Sequence record: PP886230.1
Strand: one strand, 5' to 3'
DNA length: 64,000 nt
Position 1 is the stretch's first letter; every line of letters starts with the position of its first letter. The notes beneath the pieces are model-generated. The model was not told the DNA's origin. It made no database searches and was given only the letters and a program-made list of their open reading frames with translations. This document shows, piece by piece, positions 53,701-63,613 of the stretch. The translations under genes were made by a program, and so were the position numbers.

Positions 53701-54905
53701 CTCACTAACTGATGACCACACTGGCGAGAAGTTAGAAAGTGCATACGGTGAAGATGATTATCAGTCCGGTCCAGAAGATTTCGAATAATATTAAAAAATA
53801 GTTTGACAATAGATTATAGTACTGTATAATAGTTTACATCAAGGGGAGAAAAACTTCTCCCCACTAACAGAGAGAGAAAACAAAATGGCTAATATCCGGT
53901 CGAAATTAAAAAATGCAAAACAAGTTTTATTTTCAGATCATGAATACTTTAATAAAGATATTACAGGAGTTACAAGTATCAAGGAAGTAAAAGAAAAAAC
54001 CGGCGTTTTGTGTGATGTGCGATTAGTTGGGACATTTGGGAATAACGTGCTATATCGCTGTGGTGATTACAATTTTACACTGACTATCATTAACTAAAAA
54101 TATTATCACAGTACTATTGACATAGTTTGATAGTACTGACATAATAACTTTTATCAACTACACTACTAAGGAATTAAAAATGGCTATCATCGCAAAAACT
54201 GAAATCATCGGCCTGGATTCTATCATCATGACGTTTGAAGATCAAAAAGGTATGTATGTGGTTTCCTATGGTGATTATGTTCGGGAGTATGAAACGGTAG
54301 ACGAAGCCTTTGAAAGTTACATTCGCCAGGTGAATAAAGCATACGACGACTACCGCTAAAATATATTACCAGTACTATTAAAGATATTGACAACGTTTGA
54401 TAGTACTGTATAATAAGTTTTATAAACAGTAGTTAACTTAACCTAAGAGAGAAATAAAATGATCGCACTGGATTCATTCATCGACGCAGTACTGGCAAAA
54501 ACTGGCGAGGATCTGACCGCAGAACAATACGCGATGATCGAACAATGTCAACAGGACGGTAAATCGGTGAAAGATACTGTTAAGATTATCCGCAAGATGT
54601 AAGATTATAGCCCACTGGTTAACGCTGGTGGGCTTTAATTCATTACCCTATACAATGCCAGTACTAAACCGTTTATCTCGTTAGAATGCGTTACAGGACG
54701 TTTACCAATGATTAGCATGAAATCAGTACAAAAACAAATAGAAACATTATCAAAAATTAAACGTAAACAGTACTCCTTAGAATATACAATCAATGGTAAC
54801 TATCATCTAATGAAAGAAAATAATTTTATAGTCATTGATGAATCATTGCAAATCATTAGTATAGTACTGAAAGCATTAATCAATGACAGAAAAAAATTAA
54901 AATAA
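50711..54905 (+). other. Early small ORFs 50711-50938, 51024-51236, 51318-51662, 51743-52012, 52064-52336, 52342-52551, 52622-52768, 52850-53002, 53447-53788, 53885-54097, 54180-54359, 54708-54905
   Basis: Promoter cassettes and RBS; no confident function. Confidence 0.7.
53270..53315 (+). ncRNA. sRNA family B copy 7
   Basis: AGATA-GCTC...AGCCC-ACA-GGGTGC...GAGT-G-TATCT after a terminator-promoter. Confidence 0.6.
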
Positions 54906-54944
54906 ACTATTGACAATATCATCCAGCACTGGCATAATACTTAC

Positions 54945-54992
54945 ACCAAGACGAGAACGTCACTAACCCATAGGGTGCACAAATGTAACTGT
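54945..54992 (+). ncRNA. sRNA family B copy 8
   Basis: TTGACA-17-CATAAT at 54910; core AACCC-ATA-GGGTGC. Confidence 0.55.
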
Positions 54993-55236
54993 ATAATATT
55001 GATCAAAAAATGATCTGATCAATACTTGATCAATTTGCGTAAAGTAGTATAATTCTATGCAGTTGGTTAGACGAAAGGTTATGATTAGTAGTGCAAGTGT
55101 ATAAAAATTTTCATGGTGTATCGTTCCGCACATATGGGGATGAATATGTGGTATCATGTGGATTGGAAAAAGTAAGAACAAGTAATATTATTGTCGCATT
55201 ACAGTACTATAGTATTTTTATAATGAGGTTAAAATA

Positions 55237-55494
55237 ATGGCTGTAGGATTCGCGAAAGATGGGGCCGAGCAAGACGAGATTAACGCAGTGATTCAGGCCG
55301 CCGTTAACCACGCTAGAAAGCAAATTAACGCACAAATAGAATCACTGATACATTGCCTCGACTGCGGCGATATAATCCCTGAGAAACGACGCCAGGCCGT
55401 TAAGGGATGTAAGTACTGCATAACTTGCCAGGAGGATCATGATAGTACTTTTAAACGTCCCCCGCGTAATTGTTGGCATAGATCTATGAGATAA
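55237..55494 (+). CDS. TraR/DksA-family C4 zinc-finger protein (YbiI-like)
   Basis: G[FW]AxD N-terminus; CxxCGxxIPExRRxAVxGCxxCxxCQ. Confidence 0.9.
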   Translation: MAVGFAKDGAEQDEINAVIQAAVNHARKQINAQIESLIHCLDCGDIIPEKRRQAVKGCKYCITCQEDHDSTFKRPPRNCWHRSMR

Positions 55495-55557
55495 AAAGTA
55501 TTGACAGTACTGAAAGATAGTGTATAATGTTTTATATCTTAACTGAGGATAGTAATC

Positions 55558-55914
55558 ATGGGAATACAACATATCACGCGTACTACTGACAATGGCGAGA
55601 TCACTGGCTATCAAGTACAGGGCAAAGTAGCACAATTGCAGTACTGGTTTGTGAAACGTGGAATCATTGCACCGGATCTTGATTATGACCGTGTAGCGTT
55701 TATTGATTCTCTTTATGTTGATCCTGATAGTCGGGGCAATGGTGAAGGTAACGAATTAATGAATGCCTTTATTGATGCCGCCGATGATTCAGATTGTATC
55801 ATTTTAGAATGCGATACGGGAGAAGATAACGCCTTTAATCTTAAAGAATGGTACGAAGGTTTCGGATTCGAGGTACTGATCGATAGTGAATATCCTATCA
55901 TGATTTTATCATAG
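55558..55914 (+). CDS. GNAT-family acetyltransferase
   Basis: IDSLYVDPDSRGNGEGNELM (motif A) and WYEGFGF (motif B). Confidence 0.85.
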   Translation: MGIQHITRTTDNGEITGYQVQGKVAQLQYWFVKRGIIAPDLDYDRVAFIDSLYVDPDSRGNGEGNELMNAFIDAADDSDCIILECDTGEDNAFNLKEWYEGFGFEVLIDSEYPIMILS

Positions 55915-57307
55915 TACTTGCATTTAGTTTTCAGTACTGTTATAGTACTTGCATCAAGGGGAAACATCTTCCCCTACTAAGAGGAAATAAAAATGGAAAA
56001 CTTATCAAGTATTTTAGTACAAGATGATTTCGGTAATCCTGGAAGTGCTATCATTGTTCGGGGTAATAAAGCAACGTTTGTTATTGCTGGTGGACCAGTA
56101 CAGCGTAGCATTAAAAATAATGCTGTTACCATTAATAATGTACGCTATCGCTTAGATAAAGAATTGATTCATAAACTGTAATATTAATTTAATAGAGGAT
56201 AACAATAAATGTACATTCATACTACTATCACAAAGGAAGTCCGTTGCCAGTTCGAAAGTATTCCGGGCGTATGTTTCATCACTGGTACGTTTTCCCCTGG
56301 TGATCGTGATAATCCAGTACTGTTACAATTACGCCATCCATCATGGGATAAAGCATTTGATCTACCGTTGAATGAATTCGCAACTACTGCTGAAAAGTAC
56401 ATTAAAAATATTCGCGAGAATGATCGACTATTCATTAATGCTTTTAGTGATTCCGCGTTAAGCGAGATCCACGGCGTATTGGTTGCAATCATGGAATCAA
56501 TGCAGAAAACTAAATTCAAACAAGGTGAATAAAAACTATTGACAATGCAACCCAGTACTGTATAATAGTTTACATGAAGGGGAGAAATGATTCTCCCCAC
56601 TGAGAGGAAAGAAAAATGCAAGGTCAACTAATCGTTCGTAAATGGTCTGATACTAACGAAAAACCGTGGGATGTACAATACATCGGACCGGATGGGGTAT
56701 CACGTTATCAGCCTGGCGTAACGCATAGTACTGAGCAATATGCCGCCGCTCACCGCGAACGCCTGTTAGAATCCATGAAACAGGGATTCTGTGAAAAATT
56801 CATTCAAGATCATTGGCTGAAAGATTAATAGAAGGAGTACAGCTTATGCAAATGAATCCGATGATTATTGTTTTAGCTGTACTTATGATCATTCATGCAA
56901 TTGTAGAAGTATTAACGCAATCAGGAGTAATAAAATGATTCAAGTAGAATTATCAGTACTGAAAGATCTGTTTTATCGGTTAGGTACTACTGGAGAGTAT
57001 CCTAAAAGTGATACCGCAAAACTTTTTGTATCACTCGACTTATGGCAACGCGAACAATTAGTAATGTCCTGGCGTAAAGGTAAAGCAGATCGCGAGGTGA
57101 AAGCATGAAAGAATTCTTATTCGAAGTAGTGTTTCAAGGTGTCGGTAGTAACCAACTGATTCGCTCAAGTGGTTACAATGTTAACCAGGCATGGAATAAC
57201 ATTAAACAAATGTACCCGAACGCTATCACCTATCGCAACCCGAAAGAAGTTTAAAAATATTTGAAAAAGGGATTGACTCCGGTCAGTCCCTTTGCTATTA
57301 TATACGC

Positions 57308-57350
57308 ATAGAAACAATTCAGCCCACCGGGTGCATAAATGTATCTATTA
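57308..57350 (+). ncRNA. sRNA family B copy 9
   Basis: ATAGA...AGCCC-ACC-GGGTGC...TCTAT. Confidence 0.6.
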
Positions 57351-57426
57351 TATGCTGGTGGCTAGTACTGAAAACTATTTTTAAAAAGTACTTGCATTGT
57401 ATTTAGAATCAAGTATAATGTTTTAC

Positions 57427-57499
57427 ATCAGGACGGGGAACGAAACAAGTAACCCCGTTAAGTAGTCCAGGAGTAAGACATACGAAAACCTCCCCTGAT
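57427..57499 (+). ncRNA. Structured RNA family A copy 2
   Basis: Near-copy of 47273-47348; substitutions keep the stems paired. Confidence 0.6.
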
Positions 57500-59659
57500 A
57501 AAATAGTTTGACAATAGAAATTAAACGAGTATAATACTTACATCAACCACTGATAAGGAAACATAAAATGCGGATTCTACTGACAGCTAACGAAATCGAA
57601 CAAGTACTGACTACTAACCTGGAAGACTGGAAACGTGAAGCAGATATCCAGGCGGTTCAATGGTTAAATGATAAGTTAACGCCGGATGACTTAAGCAAGA
57701 TTGTAGATCCTCAATTCTACGAAGATATCCACGACACCGCGTTAAGCGTCGAGGATGTACTAGATAAGCACTTTATTGATACTGATTTGCAGGTTTACGG
57801 TCGTAAAAACTTTATCACTATTCACGACATTTACAATAATTAAGTATTGACAAAGTATCTTAGTACTGTATAATAGTTTACATCAAGCGAGGGGAATGGT
57901 TCCCCTCCTAACTAAAAGAGAGAAATAAAAATGGCTAAGTGCACTATCTGCAAGAAAGAAATAGTATTAGTTCCAAGTGCCCGTGAACGTGCCGCTCGGT
58001 TCGGTGGCAAAGCGTCAGACTATACAAAAATGTTTACTACCCATACAGCTTGCCAGGTAGCAAAACGTTCACAAGAAAGCGTAGAATTAATGCGTAAACT
58101 TTCCAAAAAATAAGTATTGACAAAGTATCTTAGTACTGTATAATAGTTTACATCAAGTGAGGGGAAACGGTTCCCCTCCTAACAAAGAGAGAGAAATAAA
58201 AATGGCTATGATCCTTGCCCAGAAAGTAGAATTGAAAATTGTAACCTCCTTTGACATTAACGTTAATCGGTGGACTGATTCACACGGCAATACTTACCAC
58301 TCTTGCTACGTGTCTGCGTTAATTGGCGACCGCTGGGAAGACCTGGGACACGAAACCTTTACATACGGTTACGGTACACAAGGCGAATACACGGGCTTGG
58401 AGATCATTAAAGAAACCGTTATAGGTTTCAACCCGAAAGAAAAAGTTATTCACCGCATCGAGGAAGAGATCAACAAAGAAATAACAGTTCGCTACCACGA
58501 TGTAAAACGTAAGAAAGACATGTAATAGAATCCATTTAAAGTACTATTTGACATTGCCCAGATAGTACTTTATAATAGACTCTAACTTGTAGTACTAACT
58601 TAACTAATAGGATGTATACCATGATTACTAAATTCTACGCTACCCGTGAAGCTGCCCGTATTGTTGCACGCGAGGAAGGCGAAACATTTAAAGACATGGG
58701 CAAAGATGCACCGAAAGGTCAACGCTGGGCCGTACAGTTCAAAGAGATCTCTGATATTGTGAATTCACCGGAGCCAGTACTAACAGCAGCAGAACTAAAA
58801 CGAGCGGATTTACTGGCGTCAATACTTGATGCACAAGATGAGTTTATCGCTGATTCTGATATCAAAGTACAGACAAACCACACCGCTTGGACTCACGCGG
58901 ATCACCTGGCAAACCTTAAGCGTCCAAGTGAACTGATTCGCAACCAGAAAGAGATCCGACACGACCGTAAGGGTAATCGTGTAACAGTATACAGTAAACG
59001 CCGCCAGGTTATCTAATAACTTGCAGTACTAACAACACGGCGGGATCAGTTCCCGCCTTTTTTATAGGACAAACAAAATGATTAAGGTTCAACTATATAA
59101 AGATAACATCTTACGGGTACACTATAAAGCACCTCAGAGAATCATCACAAAGGCCGTACAGCTTGCTAATGAGTTTATTAATGGTAACCTATTACCAAGG
59201 AAGTTAAGCAACGGGAAACTGCGTGTAATCGATGTGGACACTAACAACAGAATAGTAATAGAGAACACAGGAAAAATAAACCTATATGAACACCAACAAT
59301 ATAATAAGAAAATAAAACTAATATCACGTTGACAGTACTCAAATGTTTTAGTACTATATGTACATACCAACACGGGGGAAACAAAATGATTACTTTAGAA
59401 AAACGTATCAAAGAAACTACATCGCTGGTGGAACTGTTAACAGTACTCAAATGTAAAACAACACCATTCAGCACGCCGGACTTTATTAATATGGTTGATG
59501 TTAATGGTCGCTATCGTATCACGGTCGAACAAGGAGCGGCGAAAGTATTCAGTACTAAAAACACGAAGGAAGTGATCCACGCCGTTAATGTTAAAAAAGT
59601 AGTTGCCATTGATAGTAAAGTACTGTAAGATAGTTACATTAACTCAAGGAGAACATGCA

Positions 59660-60244
59660 ATGCGTAATTATACTAAATTCATCCGTACACTGTCAGAAAT
59701 GGAAACCAACAAAGAGATCCTTTCAGCTTGTCGGTTAGCTGGCCTGGAGATCATCGGTGCTGGTTCTTCCCGTATAGTATTCGCTTTAAATGATCGGTTA
59801 GTGATTAAGGTCGCGAATTGTGATGCGGGTGTAGAACAAAATGAAACTGAATGTAAGGTATGGAATTTTTTAGACTATGACCGCCCTCAGTTGAAACAGT
59901 ACTTTGCAAAGGTGCATATGCATTTATGCGATCCTGATAATATGTTTATCGTTATGGATCGGTTGAGTACTGCAAGCAAAGGCAGCGTAAAGCACGTTAA
60001 CGCGTGCAACGAATTAAAGTATAATATTAAACGTAATGCCATTGAACGCCAGCACCGCTTTGCTGATGCACTACAACACGTTGATGATACATTATCAACA
60101 CTAACGATAAGAGATATCAGAAAACAGAATATCGGCCAGGATCGTAATGGACTTATTAAAGTACTTGATTACGGTTTAACCCGCAATATCTGGAATCAGT
60201 ACTATAAAAAGCGTGATGTAGAAGCAAGTAAGGTAACACGATAA
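59660..60244 (+). CDS. Ser/Thr protein kinase-like protein
   Basis: IGAGSSRIV, VIKVA, DIRKQN, LDYG; GGAG RBS. Confidence 0.8.
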   Translation: MRNYTKFIRTLSEMETNKEILSACRLAGLEIIGAGSSRIVFALNDRLVIKVANCDAGVEQNETECKVWNFLDYDRPQLKQYFAKVHMHLCDPDNMFIVMDRLSTASKGSVKHVNACNELKYNIKRNAIERQHRFADALQHVDDTLSTLTIRDIRKQNIGQDRNGLIKVLDYGLTRNIWNQYYKKRDVEASKVTR

Positions 60245-60297
60245 AAAAAGATTAAAAAAGGGATTGACTCCGGTCAGTCCCTTTGCTATTATATATT

Positions 60298-60345
60298 CAT
60301 TGAGAGATAACTCACTGACCCATAGGGTGCGGAAGTGTATCTATT
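60298..60345 (+). ncRNA. sRNA family B copy 10
   Basis: AGATA...GACCC-ATA-GGGTGC...TATCT. Confidence 0.6.
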
Positions 60346-62557
60346 ATATAAGTATTCAGTACTGAAAACTATTTTTAAAAAGTACTTGCATTGTACTTAG
60401 AATCAAGTATAATGTTTTATATCGAGAGGGGAAATGGTTCTCCCTCAAAGAACAAGGAATAAAATCATGACTACAATGACTTGCATTCACGCTTCAAACC
60501 TGCTTAATGATGCGGCCTTTAATGTTGAAACAGAATATCAATGTTATCGGGATGAAAATAAAAAAGTTTTTGTAGTTGATAATAATGGTTTCCATATTGA
60601 ATTGCAATCCGGCTTCACTGGCGTTGATGGTAAATCAGTATGGGGCGTACAGGATGATAAAGGCACATATCATTTTAAACGTAATTAAGTATTGACAAAG
60701 TATATCAGTACTGTATAATAGTTTACATCAAGGGGAGAATAGTTCTCCCCACACCAATAAAAGGAAACATAATTATGTCTAGCTACTCCGCTACTATGAT
60801 CATTAAAGATATGAACGGTAATCCTACTTCTGCTGGTGGATCATTTGGAAACATTAATTTAGATGGTCGGTTATCCATGCAATCAGCAATCGATGCAGCG
60901 AAAGAAGTTTTTAAGAATGAATGTACTGTTAGTAAGCTGGATTATATGGGATTTGCTATCGAAAAAACTAATCGTTTTGTGGACTACAAAAAACCACTGA
61001 TGATTGATACTAACCTGAAAGCAAACGAAGTGGAGTACTTATTATGACAGTTGAAGAAGTAAAAAAAGTACTGGCAGTACTACGCTATCATAATCATTGT
61101 AAGGTGAAGAATGATCCTGATTATCTTGATTCATCCCTGGAAGAGGATACACTACAAGCAATAAGCCATATGCAAAAAATGCTTAAGCGTATGACCGAAA
61201 AGAACAGGCCAGACTATATCGGAAATAAAATTTAAAAAGTACTTGCATTGTAGTTAGATTAACGTATAATGTTTTACATAGAGCGGGGGAATAGTTCTCC
61301 CGCCAGTCCAGGAGATACACCATGAACACTATCGAAATCACTATCAATGCACACGTATACGACAACGTAGTACTGCAAACTACTATGACCGCTAATGATA
61401 CCAGTACTTTGCGGAATACTGTTATTAGTGCCGTATGTGCCGCTATCGGTGATGTCGCCCTGGAAAATGCAAAACACGTAAACGATGGTTTCACTATGTG
61501 CAAACGTGATAACGCAAAACATATCATCGTGGAAGGTTACGGCGGTGTAGAATTTAATGTTTATATGAAAAAAGTACTTGCATAATAACTAAAACAAAGT
61601 ATAATGTTTTGCATAGGGGGAGATATCCTCCCCCACTAAAAGGAGTACTAAAATGGCTAACTTTGATGAACTGATGCGGGAAGTAGCTAACCTGGCAGAA
61701 GAGAAGAAATCATTCGATTCTATCTATAACACCGCTCATCGTGATTCAGTACTGGCATGTAACCAGGATCAAAAAGATGAACTAATCGCCACCTATCATG
61801 AAGCATGGAAGTACTACCGACAATGGGAGAAAGAAGAAAGCGAGTCTACCATCAACGGCATCAATAATCTAATCTAAAAGTTTTATTTCAGTACTATTGA
61901 CATAGCTTGATAGTACTGATGTAATAACTTTACTAACTACAAGGGGAAACATAATGGAACAGTTCACACAATATCGGGTAAATCCTCAAGCTATGGCCTA
62001 CGTAGAAGACCATAAAACGTTACCAGTACTGCAACCAGTTAAAGGCCATATCTATCGTGCAATGTCGTGGTGTGCGGCCCAGGATGGCTATAAAACCGTA
62101 GCCGTGGGTATGTACTGCGGTAATGGTGAATGGTTTGATCCAAATAATCCGGTAGCCATTGACAGTACTGAAAAAATGAAATGGGCCGACTACATCGAAG
62201 ATATTTCATAAAAACTATTTGACAGTACTAACCAGTAATGTATAATGTTTTACATAGAGCGGGGGAATAGTTCTCCCGCCAATAGTTTGGAGTTAAACAT
62301 TATGTCTATCGCTATCTCCCTGGTTGAAGTACTGAAAGAAGCTAAAGCCAACCAGATCGACGTAAAGATCCAGGAACTACAAAACGGCTTAATCGGCTGT
62401 ACTTGTACCGCTGGTGGAGCGGCAGACTATCGAGAACACGAATCACTCGAATCACTGGTTCGGTATCTTTCCATGATCGTTGATGATTGGAGAATCATCT
62501 AACAAAAAAGAATAAAAAAGGGATTGACTCCGGTCAGTCCCTTTGCTATTATATACG

Positions 62558-62598
62558 CATAGACAAAAACTAGCCCACAGGGTGCATAGGTGTATCCA
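62558..62598 (+). ncRNA. sRNA family B copy 11
   Basis: Core AGCCC-ACA-GGGTGC after the terminator-promoter at 62520. Confidence 0.55.
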
Positions 62599-63595
62599 AA
62601 ATATATAGTTAATAACGGTGAGTAACTATCTGCTGGTGGAACTAAAACTATTAATAAAAAAGTATTGACAAAGTATATCAGTACTGCGATAATGTATCTC
62701 GTAGGGCGGCAATGGTGCGACGGCCCACAAAGTTAGGAGATTCAAAATGACTACTTCAATCGCTATCGTTAAAGCTTTCATCCGTACTAATGTTTCCTCT
62801 GTATTCATCGACGGCCTCGACCGTAACGTAGAATACTCAATCATTATCGCACAAACGGCAAACGGTTCTCGGTACATCCTGAATGATAGTGAAGCAAATC
62901 ACTACTACTTCACTAAAGCCACTGGCTTTAAACGCATCGATGCTGATGTAGTATACGCTAAGATGAATAAGCTGGTAGATAAGATTAACGCTAAAGGTAC
63001 TATAGATTTACAGTACTGGACCGAAACCGATCCAGAGTATGGATCTCACCGCTACCTGAATCCAGGTATCAAAATGTAAAAAGTACTTGCATAGTACTTA
63101 GATTCATGTATAATGTTTTACATAGAGAGGGGGAAATGGTTCTCCCTCCTAAATTAAGGAGTTTTATCATGACCTTCTCAATCAATTCCTTCGCTGACGT
63201 TTTAGTACTGGCCCGGACTTTTGGTAAAGATGCACTGGAGTACGCTGTAAGTAATGGCACTATCCAACCGGAACAGTGCCGCATCATTGGAAACTGCAAA
63301 CGTTGGGCGGTATCCAATACTATTGCACTGGAAAACTTCCACGATGGCAACAATGAATATTCTGTTGATGTAGTATTCGAAGCCGTTGATCTCGGCGGTA
63401 TCTATAATACTAACCTGAATGATGTGCGTATCGTTCGCACGGGGTTCGGTGCTTATGATGTATCTATCCGTGAAGCTATGAACACCGGATACATTAGCAA
63501 GGACTTACTTGCTCACATCATGCAGCTGTGTACGGAACGTAACGAAGCACGTACTATCTTAGGGCTGTAAGCAATACACATCACCAAACATCATA

Positions 63596-63613
63596 GGCCG
63601 CTCTCTAGCGGCC
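63596..63613 (+). terminator. Hairpin GGCCGCT-CTCT-AGCGGCC
   Basis: 7-bp GC stem after the stop of 63169-63570; weak U tract. Confidence 0.55.

Larger units (their letters stand above)
55993..59628 (+). other. Early small ORFs 55993-56181, 56209-56532, 56616-56828, 57568-57843, 57931-58113, 58202-58525, 58621-59016, 59078-59332, 59386-59628
   Basis: Promoter cassettes and RBS; 58202 and 58621 are paralogs of 51318 and 46404. Confidence 0.7.
45535..63140 (+). promoter_or_regulatory. Array of more than 40 promoter(-stem-loop)-RBS cassettes, PeSL-like
   Basis: AAAGTACTTGCA or TTGACA, 16-17 nt, TATAAT-GTTTTACAT, then a G-rich/C-rich hairpin such as GCGGGAA-N-TTCCCGC or GGGGAGAA-N-TTCTCCCC, then RBS. 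Confidence 0.9.

Noticed and set aside
47273-57499. Family A as a hammerhead ribozyme (CGAAA, CTGATAA)
   Set aside because: The CUGAnGA core is incomplete and lies in the closing stem, and the order and stems do not fit any hammerhead type
45561-62300. Shared N-terminal peptide MFYIE[SR]GN on ORFs 45561, 50654, 52568, 62245
   Set aside because: It is the translation of the -10 box and hairpin of the promoter cassette; there is no RBS, and the real starts lie after the downstream GAGG/AGGA
344-63353. Short ORFs antisense to or nested in the main genes, and ORFs 44895-45265
   Set aside because: No RBS, they are shadows of the coding strand or overlap promoter/sRNA elements, and they have no motif content
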